A DNA stretch of 64,000 nt from an uncultured Chloroflexia bacterium. GTDB taxonomy: Bacteria > Chloroflexota > Limnocylindria > Limnocylindrales > CSP1-4. The notes below the pieces were generated by a model. It was not told the DNA's origin. It made no database searches and was given only the letters and a program-made list of their open reading frames with translations. The stretch is from NCBI GenBank assembly GCA_963720755.1, contig CAVRGP010000011.1, forward strand, positions 864,001-928,000. Direction: 5' to 3'. This document shows, piece after piece, positions 29,964-39,662 of the stretch (position 1 is the first letter of the stretch; each line of letters begins with the position of its first letter). Both the position numbers and the translations under genes were made by a program.

Positions 29964-31295
29964 ATGTTCGATAGCCTGAGCGACCGACTTCGCAAGACAC
30001 TCGGTGACCTGACCGGCCGCGGCCGGATCAGCGAGGCCGATGTCGATGCCGCCATGCGCGACATCCGATTGGCCCTGCTCGAGGCGGACGTCAATTTCAA
30101 GGTGGTCAAGGAATTCGTCGCCCGCGTCCGTGAACGGGCGATCGGTCACGAGGTCCTCGACAGCCTGTCGGCCGGTCAGCAGGTCGTGAAGATCGTCAAC
30201 GATGAACTCGTGGCGCTCCTCTCGGCGGGCGATCGGAACTTCCACCTCTCGGGGAACCCGGCGGTCATCGCGATGGTCGGCCTCCAGGGTTCCGGCAAGA
30301 CGACGTCGAGCGCGAAACTCGCGCGCCACGTCGTTCGACTCGGCCGTCGGCCGCTCCTGGTCGCCGCCGATCCGTACCGGCCGGCCGCCGCCGATCAGCT
30401 CGAGACGCTCGGCAAGAGTCTCGATATCCCCGTCTACCGGGCTCCCGTCGGGACCCCGGTGGTGGAGATCGTCCGGGGCGGCGTCGAGGCGGCCAGGCGC
30501 CAGGTGCGCGACGTCGTGATCCTCGACACCGCCGGCCGCCTGTCCGTCGACGAAGCCCTGATGGCCGAGATCGCCGCGGTCAACGCGGCCGTCAAGCCGG
30601 TCGAGACATTGCTCGTGGTCGATGCGATGACCGGACAGGAAGCGGTCGCCGTGGCGCAGGCGTTCGTCGCCGCCGTTCCGGTCACCGGCCTGATCCTGAC
30701 CAAGATCGATGGTGACGCGCGCGGCGGCGCTGCCCTGTCCATCTCGGCCGTGACCGGCGTCCCGGTGAAGTTCCTCGGGACCGGCGAGAAGACCGATGCC
30801 CTCGATGTCTTCCACCCCGATCGCCTGGCCAGCCGGATCCTCGGCATGGGCGACATCCTGACCCTCGTCGAACGGGCGCAGGAACACGTCGACCAGACCC
30901 AGGCAGCCCGTCTCGAGGAGAAGATGCGCAAGGGCGGGTTCACCCTCGACGACATGCTCGAGTCGATGCAGCAGATGCAGAAGATGGGTCCGCTCGGGCA
31001 GGTCATGTCGATGATCCCCGGGATGGGCAACCTGGCCGGTGAAGCCCAGGCCGCCGTTGATCGTGGCGATCTGAAGCGGACGGAGGCGATCATCCGGGCG
31101 ATGACGTCGTCCGAACGACGCGACCCCAACGTCCTGAATAGCTCACGACGCCGACGGATCGCCGCCGGCTCGGGCACCACGCTGCCGGACGTCAACCGGC
31201 TGGTGAAGCAGTTCCTCGAGATGCAGAAACTCATGAAGCAACTTTCCGGGGGCGGCAAGCGAGCCGCCCTTGGCGCGTTGACGGGCCGGCGATGA
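29964..31295 (+). CDS. ffh: Signal recognition particle protein Ffh
   Basis: MFDSLSDRL, GLQGSGKTT, DTAGR and the M domain SRRRRIAAGSG; TACACT at 29866-29871 upstream. Confidence 0.97.
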   Translation: MFDSLSDRLRKTLGDLTGRGRISEADVDAAMRDIRLALLEADVNFKVVKEFVARVRERAIGHEVLDSLSAGQQVVKIVNDELVALLSAGDRNFHLSGNPAVIAMVGLQGSGKTTSSAKLARHVVRLGRRPLLVAADPYRPAAADQLETLGKSLDIPVYRAPVGTPVVEIVRGGVEAARRQVRDVVILDTAGRLSVDEALMAEIAAVNAAVKPVETLLVVDAMTGQEAVAVAQAFVAAVPVTGLILTKIDGDARGGAALSISAVTGVPVKFLGTGEKTDALDVFHPDRLASRILGMGDILTLVERAQEHVDQTQAARLEEKMRKGGFTLDDMLESMQQMQKMGPLGQVMSMIPGMGNLAGEAQAAVDRGDLKRTEAIIRAMTSSERRDPNVLNSSRRRRIAAGSGTTLPDVNRLVKQFLEMQKLMKQLSGGGKRAALGALTGRR

Positions 31296-31314
31296 GCCGG
31301 CAGGAGGCCCCGCG

Positions 31315-33219
31315 ATGACCGACGATCGTGATCCACGCCCCGACACGACGACGACCGACCTTGACGCGACCACGCGGATCGATGCGGCGCCACCGCCGCT
31401 GACGCCCCTCCGGGGAACGACGCCGGCGGACTCAGGCCTCCAATCGGGGACGGCATGGGCCAGTCCGGAGCCGGTCGTGCCGGCGGGCAGCCCGCCCACC
31501 CATCGCAGCCGACTTCGGTGGGCGGCCGCGATCGGCGTCGTGGCCGTCGTGCTCGCGGCGTCGGCGGCGGTGGCCGCCCTCCTGACCGGCGCGGCTCCCG
31601 CGTCCAGCGTCGTCGGGTATGTCCCGGCAGACACGGTGGTGTACGGCGAGGTCCGGCTTGACCTTCCGGGCGACCAGCGACAGGCCGTCGGTTCATTCCT
31701 GCAGAAGTTCCCGGGGTTCGCCGACCAGGCCAGCCTCGACGCCAAGCTGGACCAGGTCCTGGACGACCTGGTTCGCAACGCCACGAACGACACCCAGACC
31801 TACACCGGCGACATCAAGTCCTGGTTCGGCGGTGAGATCGCCTACGGTGTCGGCCCGCTGCCGGCGGCCTCGTCGATCACCGGCGGTGGCTCGATGGCGT
31901 CGGCCCGGGCGCTCGTGGTGGTGTCCATCACCGATGGCGCCCTCGCCCAGACGTGGCTGTCGACGGCGGTCGCCGGCACGGGTGCGTCGACCACGACCGA
32001 GTCGTATCAGGGAACGACGATCTACGTCCTCGACCAGGTCGACGGCGTCCAGGCCGGGTACGCGATCCTCGGTGACAAGGTGGTCGTCTTCGGCGACCTG
32101 ACATCGGTGAAGGCCGCGATCGACTCGAACGGCAACAGCAGTTTCGCATCCGAGCCTGGCCCCAAGGCGGCATTCGCGTCCGTGGACGGGGACTACGTCG
32201 CCTTCGGCTACCTCGCCCTGCGTCCGCTGCTCGACTGGTCGACCGCCCTGTCCGATACCGTGGGCGCCGGGTCCGACCAGGCCGGCGCGCTGACCGGTAT
32301 CACCGATACGATGCTCAAGGTCGTTCCTGACTGGACGGCCTATTGGCTCCGGTTCGAGAGCAACGCGCTCGTGATGGAGTCGAGCGCCCCGCAACCTGCG
32401 ACGCCGATCGGGCCATCCGAAAATCGGACCTCGGCTGTCATCGGGCATGTCCCCGCCAGCGCGATGTTCGCCGCGACCAGCAACGATGTCGGGTCGACCA
32501 TCCAGCAGGCGCTCGATCTGATCGGTACCGACCAGACCGCAAAGGCGATCGTCGATCAGCTCGACCAGGCGCTCGGTCTGGTCGGCGGTCGCGACGCCGT
32601 CCTTGGGTGGATCGGCGATACGGCGGTCGTCCTCGATGCATCCGGCGGGACACCGGATGGCGGCATCGTCATCGCCCCGACGGATCAGGCGGCTGCCAAG
32701 CAACTGTTCAATACGATCAAGTCGCTCCTCGCCTTGGGCGGCGCCTCGCAGGGTCTGACCGTCAGCGACGAGAGCTACGCGGGCACCACGATCACGACCG
32801 TCACCCTTGGCGACGTGGCGGGTCTGGCCGGCGATGTCGGCGCAGCCGCCGGCCTGCTGCCGATCCCGGACCAACCACTGAAGATCAGCTTCGCGGTGAC
32901 CGACGAACTGGTCGTCATCGGGTCGGATTCGGCCTTCGTCAAGTCGGTCCTCGATACGAAGGCTTCCGACTCGCTCGCCTCCGACCCGGGGTACAAGAGC
33001 GCGGCCGACCAGGCGGGACCAAGCACGAATACGGCCTTCATCGACATCACCGCCGTTCGCGGATTGATCGAGAAGGCTATCGCCGATGGCGACCCATCGG
33101 CGCTGTCCGACTACGAGACCAGCGTCAAGCCGTTCCTGGCTCCGCTCGACACGCTGTTCGCGTCGGGCTCGGTCGACGGCAACCTGACCAGGTCCGAAGT
33201 CATCATCACGGTCAAGTAG
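31315..33219 (+). CDS. Membrane-anchored extracytoplasmic protein, DUF3352-like
   Basis: One N-terminal TM helix, two repeats starting 'YVPADT' and 'HVPASA', each with a W-x-G-x-E/T segment; AGGAGG Shine-Dalgarno. Confidence 0.75.
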   Translation: MTDDRDPRPDTTTTDLDATTRIDAAPPPLTPLRGTTPADSGLQSGTAWASPEPVVPAGSPPTHRSRLRWAAAIGVVAVVLAASAAVAALLTGAAPASSVVGYVPADTVVYGEVRLDLPGDQRQAVGSFLQKFPGFADQASLDAKLDQVLDDLVRNATNDTQTYTGDIKSWFGGEIAYGVGPLPAASSITGGGSMASARALVVVSITDGALAQTWLSTAVAGTGASTTTESYQGTTIYVLDQVDGVQAGYAILGDKVVVFGDLTSVKAAIDSNGNSSFASEPGPKAAFASVDGDYVAFGYLALRPLLDWSTALSDTVGAGSDQAGALTGITDTMLKVVPDWTAYWLRFESNALVMESSAPQPATPIGPSENRTSAVIGHVPASAMFAATSNDVGSTIQQALDLIGTDQTAKAIVDQLDQALGLVGGRDAVLGWIGDTAVVLDASGGTPDGGIVIAPTDQAAAKQLFNTIKSLLALGGASQGLTVSDESYAGTTITTVTLGDVAGLAGDVGAAAGLLPIPDQPLKISFAVTDELVVIGSDSAFVKSVLDTKASDSLASDPGYKSAADQAGPSTNTAFIDITAVRGLIEKAIADGDPSALSDYETSVKPFLAPLDTLFASGSVDGNLTRSEVIITVK

Positions 33220-33236
33220 GGAGGAACCCACAGAAC

Positions 33237-33491
33237 ATGGCAGTCCGGATCAGACTCACGCGCGTCGGGGCGCACAAGCAACCGAGCTATCGGGTCGTCG
33301 TCGCCGATGGCCGGAACGCCCGCGACGGCCGGTCGCTCGAAACGCTCGGGCACTACAACCCGCGGAGTGAACCGACCGAGTTCGTCGTCGATGCCGACCG
33401 GGCGAAGGCCTGGCTCGACAAAGGCGCACAGCCGTCGGACACCGTCGCGCGGCTCTTCCGTCAGGCGGGCATCCTGCCCGCAGCCAAGTAG
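33237..33491 (+). CDS. rpsP: 30S ribosomal protein S16
   Basis: [11 protein letters not shown]...RDGR...GAQPSDTV. Confidence 0.97.
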   Translation: MAVRIRLTRVGAHKQPSYRVVVADGRNARDGRSLETLGHYNPRSEPTEFVVDADRAKAWLDKGAQPSDTVARLFRQAGILPAAK

Positions 33492-33502
33492 GGGTCGCGA
33501 CG

Positions 33503-33736
33503 ATGGCAGCCAAGGATCTGGTCGAATACGTCGCGAAGTCGCTGGTGGATGACCCCGATGCGGTCACGGTGGAGGTGGTGCGCGAGGAGGGCGCGACCGT
33601 CATCGAGCTCCACGTCGCCGAGGACGACATGGGCAAGGTCATCGGGCGCAACGGCAGCGTTGCCAAGGCGCTTCGGACCCTGCTCAAGGTGACCGCCGCC
33701 CGAGATGGGGAGCCGGTCCAGCTCGAGATCCTCTGA
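33503..33736 (+). CDS. khpA: KH-domain RNA-binding protein KhpA (YlqC)
   Basis: DMGKVIGRNG; lies between rpsP and rimM. Confidence 0.95.
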   Translation: MAAKDLVEYVAKSLVDDPDAVTVEVVREEGATVIELHVAEDDMGKVIGRNGSVAKALRTLLKVTAARDGEPVQLEIL

Positions 33737-34443
33737 GCGTCGACGAGCGGCTCGTGGTCGCCCTCATCCGGGGCGTCCACGGGCTCCACGGCGCGGTCCG
33801 GGCCGAGGTCCTCACGGACCGTCCGGAAGATCGTTTCGCGGTCGGTGGCGTCCTGTACCGGGAGGGCGATGACCGCCCGTTGACACTGGTCGCGGCCGAA
33901 GCCATCGCCGACGGGCCCGGCTGGCGGCTCCGGTTCCGCGAGATCACGACCCGTGACGCCGCCGACACGCTTCGTGGTGCGTACCTCGAGGTGGTATTGC
34001 GACCCGACGCGGACCTCGCACGGGGCAGCTACTACTGGCACGAAGTCATCGGTTGCGCGGTCCGGGGCGTCGATGGTGCGGAACTCGGGTGGGTGAAGGA
34101 CATCTATCGGGTGGGGGAGACCGAGGTCTTCACGGTCGAGGGTGGGCCGTATGCGAGTTTCGACCTGCCGGCCGTCCGGGCCTTCATCCGGATCTTCGCG
34201 CCCAGACGCGGCGAGATCGTGATCGACGCCGATGCCCTCGACCTGCGGCCTGCACGACCCACCACACCGGATCCGGATCGCCCGAAGGCACCTCGGCGTC
34301 GAAACCGCCGGGACCCAGCGGCCGCGGACGCACCGACGAGCGCCGACGCACCGGCGAGCGTCGAACCGCCTCCGAGCGCGGAGCCACCTCCGAGCGCGGA
34401 GCCGCCTCGGATCGCGGGGCGACCGGCGGACGCCGCGCCGTGA
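33733..34443 (+). CDS. rimM: Ribosome maturation factor RimM; probable CTG start (alternative GTG at 33754)
   Basis: SVDERLVVALIRGVHGLHG and YYWHEVIG; CTGA overlap with the khpA stop; Pro/Ala-rich repeat tail. Confidence 0.92.
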   Translation: MSVDERLVVALIRGVHGLHGAVRAEVLTDRPEDRFAVGGVLYREGDDRPLTLVAAEAIADGPGWRLRFREITTRDAADTLRGAYLEVVLRPDADLARGSYYWHEVIGCAVRGVDGAELGWVKDIYRVGETEVFTVEGGPYASFDLPAVRAFIRIFAPRRGEIVIDADALDLRPARPTTPDPDRPKAPRRRNRRDPAAADAPTSADAPASVEPPPSAEPPPSAEPPRIAGRPADAAP

Positions 34444-35114
34444 CCCTCGAGATCGACGTCATCACCCTCTTCCCGGCGATGCTGGCTGGTCCGCTCGCCG
34501 AGAGCATCCCGGGTCGGATCCAGGAGCAGGGGTTGGTGACCATCCGGACCCACGACCTGCGAACCTGGGGGATCGGCCGGCACCGTTCCGTGGACGATGC
34601 CCCGTACGGCGGCGGGGCCGGGATGATCCTTCGACCCGAGCCGGTCGCCGGCGCCCTGGATGCGCTGCGGCGGCCCGGTTCTCTCGTGATCCTGCTCGAC
34701 CCGGGCGGGGAGGTCTTCCAGCAGGCGCGGGCGGCCGACCTCGCCGCCCGGTCGCACCTCGTCTTCGTCTGCCCGCGCTATGAGGGCGTCGACGAGCGGA
34801 TCCGCTCCCTCGTCGATCTCGAGCTTTCGATCGGGGACTATGTCCTGACCGGTGGCGAACTGCCGGCGCTGGTCGTGATCGACGCCGTCATCCGCTTGCT
34901 GCCCGGCGCGATCGAGGACGCCTCGACCATCGAGGAGTCGTTCTCGGATGGCCTGCTCGAGTATCCCCAATACACGCGTCCGGCCGTGTTCCGGGGGATG
35001 GACGTCCCGGCGATCCTGACCTCGGGCGATCACGGGGCGGTCGCACGCTGGCGCCATGCCGAGGCGGTCGCGCGGACTCGTCGCCGCCGGCCCGACCTCG
35101 TCTCGGACGACTGA
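34440..35114 (+). CDS. trmD: tRNA (guanine-37-N1)-methyltransferase
   Basis: DDAPYGGGAGM, RYEGVDER and SIGDYVLTGGE motifs. Confidence 0.97.
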   Translation: MTLEIDVITLFPAMLAGPLAESIPGRIQEQGLVTIRTHDLRTWGIGRHRSVDDAPYGGGAGMILRPEPVAGALDALRRPGSLVILLDPGGEVFQQARAADLAARSHLVFVCPRYEGVDERIRSLVDLELSIGDYVLTGGELPALVVIDAVIRLLPGAIEDASTIEESFSDGLLEYPQYTRPAVFRGMDVPAILTSGDHGAVARWRHAEAVARTRRRRPDLVSDD

Positions 35115-35129
35115 TCGTGGGCGAGGCCG

Positions 35130-35217
35130 TGCTATACTCCGCCGCCGACGCTCCAGCGCGTCGTCTCCGAACGCCCCACCGCAGCCACGGCTGCCCAGAT
35201 GAGTCAGGAATCGCCAC
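35130..35217 (+). promoter_or_regulatory. rplS extended -10 promoter (TGcTATACT) and possible L19-leader-like UTR
   Basis: TATACT at 35133-35138; the UTR holds CCGCAGCC-AC-GGCTGC followed by ATGAGT. Confidence 0.5.
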
Positions 35218-35568
35218 GTGACCGTGCTCGACGAGATCGTCCAGGACCAGCTTCGAACGGACCTCCCGCCACTCGCGACCGGCGACACCGTGAAGGTGTC
35301 GGCCAAGGTCGTCGAGGGCAACCGCGAGCGCGTCCAGGTCTTCGAGGGGACCGTCATGCGCCTGCGCGGCGGCGGGATCACCCGGTCGATCACGGTCCGT
35401 CGCATCGCCTCCGGTGTCGGGGTCGAGCGAACCTTCAAGATCAACAGCCCGCGGATCGAGAAGATCGAAGTCGTCCGCCACGGGGTCGCCCGGCGGGCCC
35501 AGCTCTACTTCCTGCGCGACCGCGTCGGCAAGGCAGCCACCCTGCGAGAGCGCCGCACCAACAGCTGA
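35218..35568 (+). CDS. rplS: 50S ribosomal protein L19
   Basis: [19 protein letters not shown] and RRAQLYFLR motifs. Confidence 0.97.
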   Translation: MTVLDEIVQDQLRTDLPPLATGDTVKVSAKVVEGNRERVQVFEGTVMRLRGGGITRSITVRRIASGVGVERTFKINSPRIEKIEVVRHGVARRAQLYFLRDRVGKAATLRERRTNS

Positions 35569-35628
35569 TCCCGGCCGATCCGTTCGATCGGGGCGCGCGC
35601 TTCGAGGATTCAAGTAGGCTATCGGTCG

Positions 35629-36402
35629 ATGGCTCCGATCGTCCCGACCCTTCGCCACGAGCGCCGGCTCTGGAACGATGGGCTCCAACGGGTCGTCGGG
35701 GTCGATGAGGTCGGGGTCGCCCCGACATGTGGGGCGGTCGTCGCGGCGGCCGTGGTCATGCGCCCCGGTTGCCATCGCATCCCGGGTGTGCGCGATTCCA
35801 AGACACTGTCGGCCGCGCAACGCGAACGGCTGGCGCCGATCATCCGGTCCCGGGCCGTGGCCGTCGGGGTCGGGGCTGCCTCCGTGCGCGAGATCGACCA
35901 GCTCAACATCTACCACGCCACTCACCTGGCGATGCGCCGGGCGATCGCCCGGATCGGCGATCACGACCACGTCCTCGTTGACGGCAACCGGATCGCCGGT
36001 TTCGAGACGCTCGTCGGGCCGTACTCGAACGTGGTCGACGGCGACGCTCGGGTCTATTCGATCGCCTGCGCTTCGGTCGTGGCCAAGGTCGTCCGCGACC
36101 GGATGATGGAGCGACTGGCCGTTCGATATCCCGGATACGGCTGGGAGCGGAACCAGGGGTACGCGACGCTGGAACACCGCCAGGCGATCCGCCGGCTGGG
36201 TCTGACGCCATTCCACCGGCGCTCCTTCCTGGCGCTTCAGCGGACCCTGGCTGGCGACCAGCTCGAGCTCGACCTGATGGCCGACCCGGCGGCATCGGCC
36301 GAGACGCATGGGCTCCTGGCTCGGGAGCTCGTCCCGGTCATGGCCGACGACGCGATGCTCGATGCGGCCGATCTCGACTCGCTGGAGATCGCGCCCGCCT
36401 GA
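35629..36402 (+). CDS. rnhB: Ribonuclease HII
   Basis: GVDEVG, DSK, LVDG, GD, SIACASVVAKVVRD and GY motifs; follows rplS. Confidence 0.93.
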   Translation: MAPIVPTLRHERRLWNDGLQRVVGVDEVGVAPTCGAVVAAAVVMRPGCHRIPGVRDSKTLSAAQRERLAPIIRSRAVAVGVGAASVREIDQLNIYHATHLAMRRAIARIGDHDHVLVDGNRIAGFETLVGPYSNVVDGDARVYSIACASVVAKVVRDRMMERLAVRYPGYGWERNQGYATLEHRQAIRRLGLTPFHRRSFLALQRTLAGDQLELDLMADPAASAETHGLLARELVPVMADDAMLDAADLDSLEIAPA

Positions 36403-36462
36403 CGCCCGCGTGCATGCCCGGACCCTGACGCCCGGATTCTGACGCCCGCGTGGATGCCTGGA
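36399..36462. repeat. Short direct repeats (3x CTGACGCCCG)
   Basis: Copies at 36399, 36425 and 36439; copies 1 and 3 extend to 24 nt with 2 mismatches. Confidence 0.75.
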
Positions 36463-36500
36463 TAGGCGACCGGTAAGCGTCGGTTGCGACGATGCGCGAC

Positions 36501-36899
36501 ATGGCTGACCCACCCGATGTTCCGACCCGGACGGCTGCCCAGCTGGCCGGTGATGCCGCCGAAACGCTGGTCGCTGCTCGCTTGGAGCGCTCCGGGTGGA
36601 TCGTCCTGGCCCGGAACATCCATATCGGTCGCTACGAGCTCGATCTCGTCGCCATCGACCCGGATCCGCCGCCCACGCTCGTGATCGTCGAGGTCCGCTG
36701 GCGCGCAGGGCGCGAATTCGGCCTGCCCGAGGAGACCGTGGACCATCGGAAGCGAGCTCGCGTCCGGGCGGCCGCCTACGGTCTCATCGATCGCGGGACC
36801 ATGCCCGACGGATCGCCAGTGCCGCGGCTGCCCCTGCGGTTCGATCTGGTCGTGGCGGAACCGGGCCATCGGCTCCGCCATCATCGTCATGCGATGTGA
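36501..36899 (+). CDS. yraN: YraN (UPF0102) family putative endonuclease
   Basis: G..AE, ARN, ELDLVA, VEVR and RFD motifs; start at 36501 or 36492. Confidence 0.9.
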   Translation: MADPPDVPTRTAAQLAGDAAETLVAARLERSGWIVLARNIHIGRYELDLVAIDPDPPPTLVIVEVRWRAGREFGLPEETVDHRKRARVRAAAYGLIDRGTMPDGSPVPRLPLRFDLVVAEPGHRLRHHRHAM

Positions 36900-36911
36900 G
36901 CCGCGATGGGA

Positions 36912-37367
36912 TCAGTTCGTACGCTCACGACGCTCGCGATTGCCCCGACGAGCCACCAGCCCGATCACCACGATCGTCAGCGAGACCGCGCACACGAGGA
37001 GCACCGCGAAGACGTTGCCCGCCAGTAGCGCTCCGGCCGCGAACCATACGAGATATGGCACGACATAGATCAGGCACCCGAAGCCGAAACCTTGCGAGTC
37101 GCTCCGACCCGGTACGCCTGGCGCCGCGGGCGAGGTGGATCTGATCCCGACCAGCCCGGCGAGAGCCAGAATGATGCCGGCCGGCAGCACCATCACAAAT
37201 GCCGCGAATCCCCGTGTCCCGATGATCCCGGCGAGACCCTGAGCCGCAACAAACACGCCGACAACGAGCACGCCCAGGAAGACCGGCCTCGTTGACGGGA
37301 CCTTTGCCGAGAACGTGAGTATTCCGACCGCGACCCAGGCGACGATGTCGAGCAGGTAGATCACCAA
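36912..37367 (-). CDS. Hypothetical multi-pass membrane protein with atypical codon usage
   Basis: About 5 hydrophobic segments and a basic C-terminus; more A/T-ending codons than its neighbours; start uncertain. Confidence 0.65.
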   Translation of the reverse strand: MVIYLLDIVAWVAVGILTFSAKVPSTRPVFLGVLVVGVFVAAQGLAGIIGTRGFAAFVMVLPAGIILALAGLVGIRSTSPAAPGVPGRSDSQGFGFGCLIYVVPYLVWFAAGALLAGNVFAVLLVCAVSLTIVVIGLVARRGNRERRERTN

Positions 37368-37806
37368 ATCGGTCGAAGTGATCTGCGGACAGTCCGCCGA
37401 GAAGCAATCGCCGTCCAGGTTAGAAAGATCGAAGCCGGGCCAAGGACGTCAGTGCGACCCACGCGGCGAACATCAAACCGCGGGCGAAGGCCGCGCGATC
37501 GGGTTCGACAGCGGCTGGCACGGCCCCATCTTGCCTCAACTCGGGCTGTAACTTGGCAAGGTGGTCATCCCCAGACCGCTATGGCAAGTCACGCGGTTCC
37601 CGAGGCTCGACCCCGGCCGGATTGGAGCCCACGTGAGCGTGGATCGAGCGGGAACGGCTGGTCTGGCGCCTTCATAGGCGTCCAGAACCTGGCATTACGG
37701 TCCGTGTGAGGAAGTTCTGCCAGGTAGGGCGCCGGAACGGGCGCGGCCCGCCCCAGCCCCCCGGGCCCCGCCGACCGAGCCTGGCCACGGCCCTCCCGCG
37801 GACCCG

Positions 37807-37815
37807 TGCTACACT
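37807..37815 (+). promoter_or_regulatory. rpsB extended -10 promoter (TGcTACACT)
   Basis: Extended -10 match upstream of the S2 leader. Confidence 0.65.
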
Positions 37816-37877
37816 CCCGCCCGACTCTGGGTCCACCTGGGTCGAAGCCGTCAACGCCCACGCCATCAGGCGTGGAG

Positions 37878-37967
37878 CACACACGCGAACCGTTCCGACC
37901 GGGACGGTGTCGGCCAGGCCAGCAGCCTGACCGGCCCCCGGCGATGAGGTCCGCGGAGGATAGAACC
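37878..37967 (+). ncRNA. rpsB/S2 autoregulatory leader (t44-like)
   Basis: CACACACGC...GGTG...ATGAGG..CGCGGAGG..AACC layout typical of the t44/S2 leader, directly ahead of AGGAGG and rpsB. Confidence 0.75.
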
Positions 37968-37985
37968 GACAGGAGGTCGCTCACC

Positions 37986-38978
37986 GTGCCGTCCGTTTCC
38001 ATGCGGCAACTGCTCGAAGCCGGGGTCCACTTCGGCCACCAGACCCGACGCTGGAACCCCAAGATGAAGCCGTTCATCTTCGCCGAGCGCAACGGGATCC
38101 ATATCATCGATCTCGCCCAGACCGTGCAGCACCTGGATGTCGCCCTGGCCTTTGTTCGCGAAACCGTCGCCCGTGGTGACCAGGTCCTGTTCGTCGGGAC
38201 CAAGAAGCAAGCCCAGGAGCCGGTCGCCCAGGAAGCCACCCGGGCCAACCAGCCCTACGTCAACAAGCGCTGGCTTGGCGGGATGCTGACAAACTTCACC
38301 ACCATCAAGAAGCGGATCGGGCTCCTGGAACAGCTTGAGGCTCGCCAGGCGAACGGCGACTTCGAGCGCATGTCGAAGAAGGAAGCCGCGAAGCTGACCG
38401 AGGAGATGATCAAGCTCCAGGGGACCCTCGGCGGGATGCGCAAGATGAAGCGACTCCCGGGTGCGATCTTCATCGTCGATCCGCATCGTGAACGGATCGG
38501 TGTCACCGAGGCGAACAAGCTCGAGATCCCGGTGGTCGGCACCGGCGACACCAATGTCGACCCCGACGAGCTCGACTACATCATCCCGGCCAACGACGAC
38601 GCGATCCGGGCGATCCGCCTGCTCTGCACCTTGGTCGCGGATGCAGCCATCGAAGGTGCGGTCGAACGATCGGCTCGCGGTTCGGCTGAACCCGAACAGA
38701 TGGAAGCGATGGCCATGGCGGAATCCGAGGAAGAAGTCCCAGGCGCCACCGACGAACTCGTCGCGGCTCTGGCCGGCGGAGCTGCCCTGTCCTTCGAGCC
38801 GGATGCCGATGACGACGACTTGCTGCCCGGCGACCGCGTCGCTCGAGCTGAGGCCGCCGTCGCGGAGGCCCCGGCCGAAGCGACTCCCGAGGAGATCGCG
38901 GTCGAGCTGGCCCGGGAAGCCGCCGAGAAGGCCGAGGACTCCGGCGACGCGCCCGAACCGGCGGCTGCCGGCGGTTGA
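37986..38978 (+). CDS. rpsB: 30S ribosomal protein S2 with an acidic C-terminal tail
   Basis: [19 protein letters not shown] and PANDDAIR motifs. Confidence 0.98.
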   Translation: MPSVSMRQLLEAGVHFGHQTRRWNPKMKPFIFAERNGIHIIDLAQTVQHLDVALAFVRETVARGDQVLFVGTKKQAQEPVAQEATRANQPYVNKRWLGGMLTNFTTIKKRIGLLEQLEARQANGDFERMSKKEAAKLTEEMIKLQGTLGGMRKMKRLPGAIFIVDPHRERIGVTEANKLEIPVVGTGDTNVDPDELDYIIPANDDAIRAIRLLCTLVADAAIEGAVERSARGSAEPEQMEAMAMAESEEEVPGATDELVAALAGGAALSFEPDADDDDLLPGDRVARAEAAVAEAPAEATPEEIAVELAREAAEKAEDSGDAPEPAAAGG

Positions 38979-38982
38979 CCTC

Positions 38983-39004
38983 GATGCCGGTTTCGGCCGG
39001 CATC
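38983..39004 (+). terminator. Hairpin between rpsB and tsf
   Basis: GATGCCGG-TTTCGG-CCGGCATC; weak U-tract. Confidence 0.4.
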
Positions 39005-39062
39005 CCTTCGACACACGAAATGGCGGCCCTCCGGCCGCCGCGCAACAGGAGAACGATCGAGC

Positions 39063-39662
39063 ATGGCGGATATCTCGGCGGAACTCGTCAAGGAGCTTCG
39101 CGAACGGACCGGTGCCGGATTCATGGACTGCAAGCGAGCCTTGACGGAGGCTGACGGAGACCTCGAGAAGGCTGCCCTCGTTCTGCGTGAACGGGGACTT
39201 GCGGCAGCCGCGAAGAAGGCAGACCGCGATGCGCGAGAGGGTCTCGTGTCCAGCTACATCCATACCGGGGGTCGTGTCGGCGTCCTCATCGAGGTGAACT
39301 GCGAGACCGACTTCGTGGCCAGGACCGACGAGTTCCAGAAGCTCGTCCGTGACCTGGCGATCCAGGTCGCCGGGCTGGCACCCCTGTACGTCGATCCGGA
39401 ACGCATCCCGGCGTCCGATCTTGCCGCCAAGCAGGCCGAGCTTGCGGATGATCCGTCGACCCTGAAGAAGCCCGAGAATATCCGGGCTCAGATCGTCGAG
39501 GGCCAGATGAAGAAGTGGTACTCGCAGGTGTGTCTGTACGACCAGCCGTTCCGGGACGAGGAGCGGACCGTCCGCGATCTGATCACGGAGAAGGTCGCGA
39601 CCATCGGCGAGAACATCCGGGTCCGTCGATTCACCCGGTATGTCCTTGGGGAAGAACTTTGA
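39063..39662 (+). CDS. tsf: Elongation factor Ts (short form)
   Basis: [19 protein letters not shown] and GENI motifs. Confidence 0.97.
   Translation: MADISAELVKELRERTGAGFMDCKRALTEADGDLEKAALVLRERGLAAAAKKADRDAREGLVSSYIHTGGRVGVLIEVNCETDFVARTDEFQKLVRDLAIQVAGLAPLYVDPERIPASDLAAKQAELADDPSTLKKPENIRAQIVEGQMKKWYSQVCLYDQPFRDEERTVRDLITEKVATIGENIRVRRFTRYVLGEEL

Noticed and set aside
36399-36462. CRISPR array
   Set aside because: The repeats are too short and irregularly spaced, and there are no cas genes.
37695-37720. IS-like terminal sequence (TACGGTCCGTGTGAGGAAGTT)
   Set aside because: No transposase, partner inverted repeat or target duplication was found; the resemblance is too vague.
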